From Prorocentrum cordatum (taxonomy: Eukaryota): a DNA stretch of 64,000 nucleotides. Shown here piece after piece: positions 1 to 11,472 of this stretch (within the stretch, counting starts at the first letter, position 1; every line of letters begins with the position of its first letter). The position numbers were made by a program, and so were the translations under genes. Below the pieces are notes generated by a model. The model had not been told where the DNA came from. It ran no database searches and saw only the letters and a list, made by a program, of their open reading frames with translations. Where the stretch lies: positions 1 to 64,000 of the forward strand of contig CAUYUJ010000022.1 in NCBI GenBank assembly GCA_963575745.1, read 5' to 3'.

Positions 1-1809
1 CCCCGGCCCTCCAAGATAGCCTGGAAGAGACCCCCCCCCCGAAATGAGACCCCCCTCCCTTTATTACGAAATCTGGAGCATTTGTTGTCATTACGTTTCA
101 GGTACGTTTTCAGCTCGCGTGCAGCCCGCCCCCCCCCCCCCAACTCCCCGTTGCCCTTGCTGCCTCCTGCCTCCGACGCAGCCGTCTCGTCTAAGGGTGC
201 CTGCCAGCAGGGCCCGTGGGCTCGGGATGGCGGCCCACACCAAGCAACGCGTGACCAGGGTGGCCATCAAAGAGTTTGCCCGCCCCCTGAAAAGAAAACC
301 ATTCCTCCATTCTGCATCCAGGAGTGGATGCGAGTGGACGGCGAAACTAATCGAGCGTGCCATTAATAAGCGTGCCATAAGCAAGCATGCGCCCCCGCAG
401 CCCACTTCTGCGAACGCGGCCGAAACTCGGTCCACGGACTCGGGCAAATCGAAAAGCAATCCGCCGTTTTTTGTTGTCCGTTTCGGGGGCCTCGAAAGGT
501 TCTGGAAGGCGCCGTTGTCGGTTGTTTTTGTTTCCGTTTTCGTTCCCCCGCGTCGCCGTTTTTTTTGTTTCCCGTTCCCGAGTCTCTTTTCATTTTCGTC
601 TTCAATGCTCCAAGAGTGGAAACGCCCTGGCCCTCTGTGAGAGACAACTGAGCCCCCGGACATGCCCCAGAGCGCATCCGGACCGGGATGTCGAGGTGAC
701 CCCCTCGTGGCGACGTGGCTTCTCCAGGGAGCCAGCACGAGGTAGAATAGCCCAGACGAATGAAAAAGAACGTCTTCCTCGAGGGTGGGCTCCCTCGCGG
801 TCCCGCACGCGGGGGGGCAGGAGTGAGGAGTAAAAGGAGGACGGTGACGTGGACGAGGAAATTGAGAACCGGAAGCAGGTCGTGGCAGCCATGCTGAAGA
901 GGAGCAGGGGAGGGCTGGGCGGAAGAGGTTATCGGAGGTCCCCAGATGTCTACGGAGGCTCCCAGGGATTATTGAGGATGGCTCCCAGAGGCCTCCGAGG
1001 GCTCAAAAACGACCGGACAAGTCCGAAAACGCCCAGGCAAACACGGATGGGGATACCTCGTCGTTGTTATCGCTATCGTGTCCGTGAAGTTCGTCGTCCA
1101 CGTCGTGTTCGCCCCCGTGCCTATTTTCATCGGTGGCCTCGTCGTCCTTGCCGTCCTTGTCGGCGTCGTCGCTTTCGTCGACGTCGTCCTCGCGACATTG
1201 TCGGCCTCTTGCTCGCCGTCGTCGATCTCACAGCTGTCTTCGGGGGAGGTTCGGGTGCAAGTCCTGCAAAGGTAGATCCAGCATCAACGATGGTATATCA
1301 GTGGTCGAAAATTGGCACAACCTCATCGAATCTAGGGCTTGGTCTGGCTCAATGGCCCCATCATTTGGCTTCAGAGCCCGTAGCCGCTCTTACGAAGACC
1401 TCCCTGGAGTTGTTTCCTCACGGCAGCGTCGCTCGTCTTAGATCGAACGTATATCGGCAAGTGGCGCCCACCAGCGTTCAATAGCAGCCAGTAGCGCCGA
1501 ACAGCGGTCAAATAGAGCCCGATAGCAACTCACGGCCCCCAATGGCGCCACGTGAGGGAGATGCATCCTGTTCGCTTTGCGCCCAATTGGGCGCGCTGTT
1601 GGGCGCCACGGGGATGAGCATCACCTTCCGTGAGCTGGTGCCCGAGTTTCCCACGGTCAGTAGCGTTCAACCCATTCCCATCAGGCCATGGCATCTCGGC
1701 CCCACCATCTCGGCACCCCAGTTGGGGGTGTGCCCCCCGAAGGGAACAGCCTGTGTCCTCATGGGGGGGAGAGATCGGCCAGTGGGGCCCAGGCCATGGC
1801 AGTGGGGAT

Positions 1810-2905
1810 AGGAGGAGGAGGAGGAGGGGGAGGGGGAGGAGGAGGGGGAGGAGGAGGAGGAGGAGGAGGAGGCGAGGAGGAGGAGGAGGAGGAAACGGAA
1901 AAGGAAAGAGGAGGAGGGAGGAAGAGGAGGAGGGGAGGAGAGGCAGGAAGGAGCAGGGACCGGAGCAGGAGCGGCGCAGGAGAGGAGCAGGAGGAGGAGG
2001 AGGAGGAGGAGGAGGAGGAGGGGAGGAGGAGAGAAGAAGCAGGAGGGAGGAGGAGAAGGAAGGAGAAGGCGGAGGCGCAGGAGGAGAAGGATGAGGAGGA
2101 GGAGGAGGCGATGCAGGAGGAGGAGGAAGAGGGGGACGATGACGAGGACAACGAGGAGAAGATGCGAAGATGAGGGAGGGGGAGGAGGGAGGAGGAGGAG
2201 GAGGAGGAGGAGGAGGAGGAGGAGGAGGAGAAGGAGGAGGATGAGGGGAAGATTAGAAGGAGGGGAGGAGAGAGGGGGAGGAGGAGGAAGAGGCAGATTA
2301 GGAGGAGGAGGAGGAGGAGGAGGAGGAGGAGGAGGGTGAGGAGGAGAGGAGGGGGGGGGGGGGAAAAGGATGGAGGAGTGAGGGAGGGGAGGAGGGGGGG
2401 GATGAGGGAGGAGAAGGAGGAGGAGGAAAAGAGGAGGATGAGCAGGAGCAGAGAGGCAGGAACAGGAGCAGGAGCAGGAGGAGGAGGAGGAGAGGAGGAG
2501 GAGGAGGAGGAAGGAGGAGGAGGGTGAGGAGGAGGAGGAGGAGGAGGAGCAGGAGGACAGGGGCGAGGAGGAGGAGCAGGAGTAGGGGGAGGAGGAGGGA
2601 GGTGAGGACGGGGGGGGGAGGAGAGGGAGGAGGAGAAGGAGGAGGAGGAGGGGAGGGAGGAGGAGGCAGAGAGGAAGAAAGAGAGGTAGGGGAGGTTAGG
2701 AGGGAGGGAGTGAGGAGGATTGAGGAGGAGGAGGAGGAGGAGGAGGAGGAGGAGGATCCCGTCAAATGAAGGCCCCTAAGTGGGGGGCCTCAGCCCCCCC
2801 GCCGCCCCCGCCCAGGAGCTGAGCCCCCGGCCTGGGCAGGAGCAGAGCCACTTCTCGCAGTGGCCTGCAGGCCGCTTGCCGCGGGTGGCGGGGTGCGATC
2901 AAGGC

Positions 2906-2936
<31 letters not shown>

Positions 2937-3345
2937 AGGAGGAGGAGGAGGAGGAGGAGGAGGAGGAGGGGGAGGAGGAGGAGGGAGGAGGGGAGAAGGA
3001 GGAGGAGGAGGAGGTAGGAGGAATTTGGGAGAGGTGAGGGAGGAGGAGAAGGAGGAGGAGGAGGAGGAGGAGGAGGAGGCGAGAGGGGAGCCAAGCTTGC
3101 GACTGCGTAGACCAGCCGGGGCTTCGTCCTGGTCGCGCGCACATGGGCCCCACACGAATCAGGAAGGAGGAGCAGGAGGAGAAGGAGGAGGAGCAGGTGG
3201 AGCAGGTTGAGAAGAAGGAGGAGGAGGAGGAGGAGGAGGAGGGATGAGGATGAGGAGGGGGAGGAGAACGACGACGAAGAACAGGACATAATGAGGAGAG
3301 AGGAAGAGGAGGACGAGGAGGAGGAGGAGGAACAGATAAGGAGGA
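1810..3345 (+). repeat. (GGA)n-rich microsatellite field
   Basis: Direct inspection; similar tracts at 5190-5650, 5945-6200, 46795-47020, 50375-50545, 52735-53040, 58360-58820 and 61230-61400. Confidence 0.95.
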
Positions 3346-3477
3346 GACAGGGAGGATCGGCTCTCCACGAAGGCACGATCACTCCTTGACAGTTCGGCGA
3401 GTGTCGAGCCCGTTTGTGCCAATTGAGCCGGTTTGGGCCCGTCTGGGAGGAGGCGGAGGAGGAGGCGGAGAAGGAGA

Positions 3478-3718
3478 TTGTTTTTTTATCCTCTGGGGGG
3501 TAACGCTCGTTACCCGGGCCTCTCCCCCCCCCCCCCCCCCCCCGTAACGGTAACGCTCGTACGCGGGGGGGGTCTCGGTCTTCCCCTCCAACATGCTGGT
3601 GCCCGAAGGCATGCGCACTGTGGTGTGGTGGTCGCAGGCGCACTGTGGGCGCTCGCAGGCCATTGCGGCGCTCGCATGCGCGATGCTGGTGCTTGCGGGC
3701 TTTGCGCTTGTACTCGAA

Positions 3719-3787
<69 letters not shown>

Positions 3788-4130
3788 GCGTCCACGGCAG
3801 AAGAGGAGACGAAATGTCCAAAAAAGAGGGGCGGGGTCGTCGTCGTCGACGAACGGCTCGTCGGGGGAGCGGGGGTAACGTTGTATCAGGATAGGTTGTT
3901 GGAATCCTCTCCCTCCTCTCCCTCCTCCCCTCCACTCCTCCGTGCCCCCCTCTGCTTCGCCACTGTGGTGCTCTCAGGCAGAGAGTGCTGCTCGCGCGCG
4001 TACTATGGCGATCGCAGAGCGCCCCTGCTTCGCCATACCCCGCCCAGCCCAAGCGTTACCGTTACCCGGGGGGCACGACCCCGCCCCCCCCCCCCGGGTA
4101 ACGAGCGTTACCGGCCGGAATAAAAAAAAT
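3478..4130. repeat. About 90-bp inverted repeats (GGTAACGCTCGTTACC motif) enclosing about 470 bp; 3797-3960 is directly duplicated at about 4150-4320
   Basis: Reverse complement of about 4050-4130 aligns with about 3478-3560; duplicated block GGGGGTAACGTTGTATCAGGATAGGTTGTTGGAATCC. Confidence 0.65.
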
Positions 4131-5506
4131 ATCTCAAGGAGGCTTCCAGAGGCAGAAGAGGAGACGAAGATGTCCAAAAAAGAGGGGCGGGGAAAGAGGA
4201 GAATGCACGAACGGCGCGGATGGGGGAGCGGGGGTAACGTTGTATCAGGATAGGTTGTTGGAATCCTCTCCCTCCTCTCCCTCCTCCCCTCCACTCCTCC
4301 GTGCCCCCCTCTGCTTCGTCCGAGGAAAGGGGGACCCCCCTCTGCTTCGTCCGAAGAGAGGGGGGGAGAAGGAGGAGGAGGAGGACGAGGAGGAGGAGTT
4401 GGAGGAAGAGGGCAGGTGTAACGCAACGATGTTGCACTAAACCCTCCTTCAAAGTTTCCTCTTGACCGGCCCCTGCAAACATTCACTTTCATTGTGGGGA
4501 CTGGCCCGTCAGGAGACCACCGTCTGAGAACCCTCAATCGTAGCAACAAACCACTCCTTGGACTGCAGCGCCGCGGGTCAACGTGACCGTTGCGCCCTGG
4601 CGATTTCGAGTCGTGCCAGGACGCAATCCCTGGGACTTCAACGCCGCGAATCGACTTGACTGCTTCGTCTTGACCACCCTGAACCGTGCCAGAGCACCGT
4701 TCCTGGGAGTTCCACCGTGCGATTCCTTAGAAAGCTGCTGCGAACATTTAAAGCACATGTGCGTGGCGCTGAGGCAAGAGCCACGTGCTGGAAAGGAGCA
4801 GCCCCCAGCCGCGAAACTGCTGCCAGCGTTCAGAGAGTCCCCGGCGCTGAAGCGGAACCACATTTTGAGAACGGCCTGCCCTCCATGCGATAACCTTCTG
4901 CAGATCTTGAAGACGAATGTCGGCGGCGCCAAGGCAAGAGACACAGTTTGGAAACGATCCGCCCACCATCAGTGATGAACCTGTTGCACGCTTTCAAGCC
5001 AATGTTGCGAAGCTCTCAGGCGAGAGCCAAATTTTGAAAGCGGCCCGCCTCCCATCAGTGAAATTGTGGCAGGCTGCCAGTTTTAAAATCATATCGGGCG
5101 AGAGCGTCTCAGTCGAAACGTCCGGCACGCGCCAACGACACGTCTAGGAAGCGCGACAGGGGAGAGTTATTAAAAAAAGGAGAGGGGATATAGTAGGAGG
5201 AGGAGGACGAGGAGGTGGAAGAGGAGGAGGATGAGGAGGGCGGAGGAGGAGAAGGAGGAGGGATGGAGGACGGAGCCCCACTGCGCACACAGGGAACGGG
5301 AGAGGGGCGGGGCGATCAGGAAGGGGAGGGGGGGTGCGAGAGGGGATGGAGGAGGGGGTGGTGCCGATCGGGCGAGATGCAGGGTTGTCCGTGTGGCATC
5401 CTGGTGGGTGGGCGACACTTTTTTCGCCAGCGGCGAGGTAGCAGTGCTGCACGAGCGACAGAGCTAAACGGGGCCACCAAAAAGCGCATTGGCCAGCATG
5501 CAGGAG

Positions 5507-5538
<32 letters not shown>

Positions 5539-7135
5539 GGAGGAGGAGGAGGAGAAAGGAGGAGGAGGAGGAGGAGGAGGAGGAGGAGGAGAAGGAGCAG
5601 GAGGAGGAGGAGGAGGAGGAGGAGGAAAGGAGGAGCAGGAAAAGGAGGAGGACGGTCAGGGCGGCCGCGGAGGGGGGGAAGCGACGGGGCCACTCAGAGG
5701 CGGAAAACTTCCGTCCGAAGTGAGCTGGCGCGGCCGGCCCCGCCAGCGGAGACCACCGCAGGAGCCGTGCCGCAGCGCCGGGGCGCCCACGGGCGATGGC
5801 GGGGCCCAGCACGCGGAGGAACGTCGTGCAGTAATGCCGGCTGTGAAGTAGAGCTACTTGCGCGTCAGGAAAAGCGCTGTGTGGCCGCCCAGGTGGGTGG
5901 CTGATTGACAGGGTGGGTGGGCGACACATGCACGCCAGACAGAGGACGGAGGAGGAGGAGGAGGAGAAGAATGGATGCTTGAGGAGGAGGAGGAGGAGGC
6001 GGAGGAGGTGGAGGAGGAGGAGGAGGAAGAAGCGGTGCAGGAGTGAGGGCAGGGATTGACGGATAACGACGAGCAGGGGTGGATGAGGGAGAAGGAGGAC
6101 GACGAGGAGGCAGGCGAGGCGATAACAAAAAAGCAGGCAGGCGGGAGGAGGGAAGCAGGAGGGGGGAGGGAGGGGGGCAGGAGGAAAAGAGGGAAGATTG
6201 GGGGGGGGAAGGGGCAGACAGAGGCGGCGTGCCAGGGGGGCCCGTGCCGCGCGCCAGGGCCGCCCGCGGCCGAGCAGTGGAGCTCCCTCGCGTCCTGGGC
6301 CAAGGCGGCGTGCCGCGCGCAGCCGCCCGCGGAGGTGGGCCGCTCAGGACGCCGACGCCGCGGACGCAGACGTCGCCGCTGACGCGGACGCTACTGCCGA
6401 CGGCGGCGCAGTGAGTCGCAAAGACCAGACCGCGTCGCGTGCAAGCGCGGCTCCTGGCTGGACAAGCGCGAGCGAACGTTTGTGGGAAGGCTGGTGCAGT
6501 GCCTATTGCGTGATTACCGTTGAGGACGGCGAGTTTGGAGGTGTTGTCCGCCTGGACAGTGGCATTGCTGTTGTAGTTGGGCATTCACCGGCCTGAGTGG
6601 ATTGCAAGAAAGTCTCGAGCGAGAGCGCCACTCCTGAGTGCGAGAGCGTCTCTTGCCAGGACGTCTCTGAATGAAGCGCGAGGAATGTCGAGCGGGAGCC
6701 GTTGAGTAGCTGGGCCTGCGCCACCCTGAGCGGCATGCAAGGAATTTTCTGGCGAGACCGCCAGTCATGACTACGGGGGTGTCTCCAGCCAGGGGGTCGC
6801 GGTGTAAACTCCGAAAGTGTATCGATCATGACACGTTGTCGTCACAGTTGGGCTTCCATCAACTTGAGGATTGTGAGACTCTGGCGAGCCGAGAGCGTCA
6901 ATCGTGAGAGTTACGACGCATATGTTCAGCGCGCGTGGGTGTAAATTGCGAGCCTTGTCGTCGCAGTTGGGCCCTCACGCGCTGGAGGGAATTGCGAAGA
7001 CGTTTCAGGATGCAGCGCCACTCCTGAGTGCGGGGGCGTCCCTGCCAGGGCGTCTCGGAGTAAACTGTGAGGGTGTATCGAGCGGGAGCCAGCGTCGTCC
7101 CAGTTGGGCCTCCGCCCTCGGGATTCCGGAGACAG

Positions 7136-7298
7136 TCAGGAGGAGAAAAAACACACAGACACAATTAATCGTTTGATCCCCCAGAAAATATGGCAAAATA
7201 TGGGCAGTGGGGGGGAAGACAGAAACCCCAAAAATATGGGAAAATGTAGGGAATCCTTTAATTTGTGTGTATTTATTTGTGTGTCCCAGGGCCCCTTC
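7136..7298 (+). mobile_element. Short dispersed element family A (about 163 bp), copy 1
   Basis: Homologous to 8945-9108 and 16750-16912; flanked by AGACAG direct repeat. Confidence 0.8.
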
Positions 7299-7421
7299 AG
7301 ACAGGCCCCCGCTCCAGCGGCGAGCCCTCACCTCGCAGGAGGTGCGGCCCGAGCCGAGGCGACGGCGCCGAGAACCGTCCCCGCGGATCAGCCAGCGCCA
7401 CCCCTCCGACATGAAAACTCA

Positions 7422-7510
7422 ACGACGGCGGCGAGGACGACGAGGACGAGGACGACGACGACGACGACGACGACGACGAGGACGACGACGAGGACGACGA
7501 CGACGACGAG

Positions 7511-7564
<54 letters not shown>

Positions 7565-7675
7565 GCGACGACGACGACGACGAGGCGACGAGGACGACGA
7601 CGACGACGAGGACGACGACGAGGCGACGAGGAGGACGACGACGACGCCGACGACGCCGACGACGACGACGACGAC
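7422..7675 (+). repeat. (GAC)n microsatellite (also 3720-3787 reverse and 46396-46600); (GAT)n at 52545-52660
   Basis: Direct inspection. Confidence 0.95.
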
Positions 7676-7821
7676 CCCTCCGACGCTGACGGCCCCGAGG
7701 TGCCGGCGGCGCCGCCGGCCGGAGGCGTTTGCGGGCCGCCGGCGGTCTCGCGCGCCGGGCAGGTCGCCGCCGCGCAGGAGCGCTCGCCGGCGCGCTCTCG
7801 GGAGGGGGAGGGGGGCAAGCC

Positions 7822-8110
7822 AGGATGATCCAGGAGGAGGACTGAGGATCCAGGAGGAGGATTGAGATCCAGGGAGGAGGATTGAGGATCCAGGGAGATC
7901 CAGGAGGAGGATTGAGGATCCAGGAGGAGGATTGAGGTCCAGGGAGGAGGGTTGAGGATCCAGGGAGATCCAGGAGGAGAATTGAGGATCCAGGAGGAGG
8001 ATTGAGGATCCAGGGAGATCTGAGGATCCAGGAGGATTGAGATCCAGGGAGATTCGAGGATCCAGGAGGAGGATCGAGATCCAGGATCGAGATGTGAGGA
8101 TCCAGGAAGA
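7822..8110 (+). repeat. About 20-bp minisatellite (GAGGATCCAGGAGGAGGATT)n
   Basis: Direct tandem periodicity. Confidence 0.85.
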
Positions 8111-8124
8111 GAGGGACAATCTTG

Positions 8125-8280
8125 AAGTCGGGCCTGTCCCTCTGCAGGGGGAAATTCAAAAGAAGAGTCAAAAAATAGTCAGGGGACCATTTTTGGGGAT
8201 TGTTTTACCAGTTTGGAATATTTTGAGGGTATGTTTTATTTTTCATCGAAAATCCCCCTGTAGGGGGACACGCCCGACTT
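8125..8280. mobile_element. MITE-like family B (about 156 bp, about 29-bp TIR AAGTCGGGC.TGTCCC.CT.CAGG)
   Basis: Terminal inverted repeats; GACAATCT repeated on both flanks; other copies at 31305-31459, 31467-31824, 31976-32307 and 52098-52254. Confidence 0.8.
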
Positions 8281-8944
8281 AAGACAATCTGTAGGTTATG
8301 GATGAGGGGAGATTTGAGGATCCAGGAGGAGGATTGATCGAGGAGGAGCAGGTTCAGGAGGAAGAGGAGGAGGGGGAACGAGGAGGATGGGTAGGCGATT
8401 GAAAGCAGTCTCGATGTGCAACTGAGAAGAGGGGTGCCGCTTCGGATATGGGGACCTCCAAAAGGGCCTTTCCTTCGAGGATCGCAGGAGTTTGCATATA
8501 TCTTTCTCGGCGGAAGGCGGATGACAGGCCGCGGAAAGCGGCGGAGGCCGCGGAAGTATAAAGTTGCCCTGGAAGAGATGATAACGTTTTTGGGTCCAAG
8601 GTTTCTGGAACCCTCCATATATATATATATATATATATATATGTATCCAGGACCTTAGGTAATGGGAGCCGGTTTGTGATTGGGCCCCGAACCCTTGAAA
8701 ATGTGCCAGGAACATCATAGCCAAGTCTGCCGAAGTTGGTGTTTCCTCACATGACGGCAGTTCTGGCGAGGGGAGTGGGTTGAGGGTGCGCCCCCCTTGC
8801 ATGGTGCGCATCATTCGTTCAGCAACGTCCCCCTGCACATCCCGTCGCACCAATGCCCGAGCACTGCGCCCAGCCCCTGGCAGCCGAGAAGGCATGTGAG
8901 CGAACAGGTAGACAACCGAACTTGTAACTGGGATTGCAAATCAT

Positions 8945-9108
8945 TCAGGGGAGAAAAAACACACAGACACAATGAATTGTCGATCCCCCAGAAAATATAT
9001 ATATAAAAAAATGGGAAGTGGGGGGAAGACAAAAACCCAGAAAATATGGGAAAATATGGGGGATCATTTTATTTGTGTGTATTTATTTGTGTGTCCCAGG
9101 GCCCCTTC
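8945..9108 (+). mobile_element. Family A copy 2
   Basis: Same sequence, followed by AAAA; flanked by a 34-bp near-perfect direct repeat (8909-8942 / 9113-9146). Confidence 0.8.
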
Positions 9109-10047
9109 AAAATAGACAACCGAACTTGTAGCTGGAAGTGCAAATCGTGTTGGTCACACCCTGGCGCGTTCGGCAACACTCTGGCGCCGGTGCCGGTCAC
9201 ACTCGCGCAGAGTTCTGGGCACAGTTTCGGCCACTACACTCCCCGGATAGAGACGGGGCTGCTAATTCCAGCCCCTGGCCGCCAAAACGGGGGAAGGAAA
9301 AAGCAAGACCACCAAGGTCCAGAGATTTCAGCAGGCACAGCGCCCTGCGACACCAACAACGGGCTCGAAAACAAGGTTCAGACACAAACGATACGGGCCC
9401 AAGGGAGCGGGAGGAGGATGGGGACGAAACCCGTGGCGCGCTCTGGCCTCGGGTGTGCAGCCCGCCTTTCCCTCCCTTCGGAGGACGGGAAGACACAAGG
9501 TGAAGAGGAGGAGGAGGACGGGGAGGAGGAGGGGGAGGAGGAGGGGGAGGGGCAAGGGGAGGTGGAGGGGGACGAAGCCTGTGGCGGACACGCCCCGCCC
9601 CAGGCGACCCTGCCTGGTGCCGCAGGGCGCCTCGGAGCTCTCACCTCGGCGCGAGACGGCGCGCGCCGGCCGCGCAAGGGCTCGCGCCACGGAAGACGGG
9701 AGCCCAGCTCCTGCACGGGTGTGCGCGTGGATCGCAGGGGCGTGGCCCGTCCCCCTGAGCGGCTCGCTTCTCCAGCCCCCTCATTTCGGCCGCGCCCTCC
9801 TCCTCCTCCTCCTCTCCTCCTCCTCCTCCTCCTCCTCCTCCTCCTCCTCCTCCTCCTCCTCCTCCTCCAACTAAGCCCCTTTGCACAGCGGGGGGACACA
9901 CCCGCTAACGAAGATCACAACTACCCCTGCCCACACTCCTTTCGGGCTTTTCCTCGGCTCCACAGCCCCAATGTCCTTCTCTTGATGATTGAATCGTCTT
10001 GGGTGAAGTGGTACTCGCGGTCGCTGCTGGCCATCAGCAGCGTTATC

Positions 10048-11472
10048 ATGAGCAGGCTTCAAGGAGTTTCAGTGTTGCAGTACAATCCAATGTCGGCGAG
10101 TTCCTATGACCGTCTGCAGGACATTGCCCAGACTACGACGGGCTTCGACTTTGTATGTCTCACAGGGACTGGGGCTCGAAAGTATGGCACGGAGGAGGTG
10201 GTGTGGAGAAGAGCAGGGAAGAGATGGGCGGTAGAAGCAGGGTGGGCGCGCTCCCCAGGTAGCAACAAGAGCTCGGGCTGCACCATCGTGATGGGGCCAC
10301 GGATGCGACGTGGCACAGTCACTCACACCTGGGCTGCCCCTCCCCACATCGCTGGGAGAGGGGTCGCGCTCAGGGCCCGATGCAGCCAGTATGATATAGG
10401 GATAGCCAGTGTATACTTCCCTCCCCCTCCGCAGCGAGCTTCTGAGATGGCTGGTTACCAAAAAACTTGTGATCGGATAGGCAACTGGATCCGAGGGCTG
10501 CCCTTCCTGGCGGTTTCGCGCTGTTTCCCCATCCTGGCCATGGATCTAAATTCTGGATTTGGGCTTCAGAGGCTACACGGCAGTGAAGACTGGACTGCGG
10601 TGAAAGATAATCGTCTTGGATCGATAGTAGAACCCGTTCGGCAACGCTATGCGGCCGATGTCATGTTAGAGATTCTCAAGGATTTGGATTTCGTCCCCGT
10701 CAATCTTCACTTAGGAGCTGGACCCACATATTACGGCCCATCAGGTAGCACTTCTATGCTCGACTATGTTTTTATTCCCAGATGTTCCCTGGACCAGGTG
10801 ACCTCAGCAGGCCCGCTCCGACGTCTCGCTCGAAAGCTTCAACTCATCCGCCATAAGGATCACCGAGATCATATCCCCCTCCACATCAGGTTCTCGTATG
10901 ACTTAGCCGCTACTACAGGTTCAGAGGCTACGGGACTCCAGGCAGATGAGAGAGTGGGATTCGTACCTAGGCATGTCCGCTGGAGCAAAGAGGCGTTGAC
11001 GGATTGTCTGCGCATGGGCACTCAGAGAGCCGAGTTTTTGCAGGCATTGGAGGCCAAGATGATCGAGGAGCAGGAGGAGTGGCAGAGACGGAGGAGGGAG
11101 GAGCAAACGCCCAATGCTGAATGGGGGATCTTCATCAGGGTGCTCAGGGATACGGCAGAGAGATTCTTCGCAGGCACAGTTCAGAGGTCTCCAGATTACC
11201 CTCAGCAAGCGCAGCACATCCTGGAACTGCTCCGACAACGGCGTAGGCTTCGATTGGAGCTGACTACTGATATCTCTTCTGAGGCCGTCCTCTCGATTGC
11301 AGAGGAGATCCGCATCAAGTCTAGGCAGCTCAGATCTCTCCGTCGGCAGTATCTACATCAGTGGAGACAGGACACCACAGATGACCTCCACGAAGCGCTC
11401 AGGATAGGCAGGCAGGCGGAGGTCGCCAGGCTTTCGCGACTACTCTCGGCTCGTGGGACGGGACCGAAAAAA
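10048..11472 (+). CDS. APE-type (EEP) endonuclease N-terminal part of the LINE polyprotein; continues into the RT frame after a 1-nt shift at A6 (11467-11472)
   Basis: Motifs VSVLQYNPMS, FVCLTGT, IASVYFPP, ILAMDLNS, PTYYG...SMLDYVFIP, DHIPL in ORF 9046..11772. ATG at 10048 (alternative 9985). ORF sequence upstream of the TSD is flanking DNA. Confidence 0.85.

Noticed and set aside
1345..1400. SL-like fragments TGGCTCAA, CATTTGGCTTCAG and CCGTAGCC
   Set aside because: Short pieces in scrambled order with no convincing downstream ORF; may be chance.
1630..3900. Many ORFs of poly-E, G, R, P, S or L (also at about 46250-47266, 52200-53280 and 58100-60300)
   Set aside because: Stop-free frames produced by GGA/CCT/GAC microsatellites; no coding evidence.
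4430..5145. Complex-sequence ORFs of 130-136 aa
   Set aside because: No recognisable motif or splice pattern that could be supported.
9046..9872. N-terminal extension of the 908-aa ORF
   Set aside because: Lies outside the TSD and runs through a family A element and a CCT tract; a fortuitous open frame.
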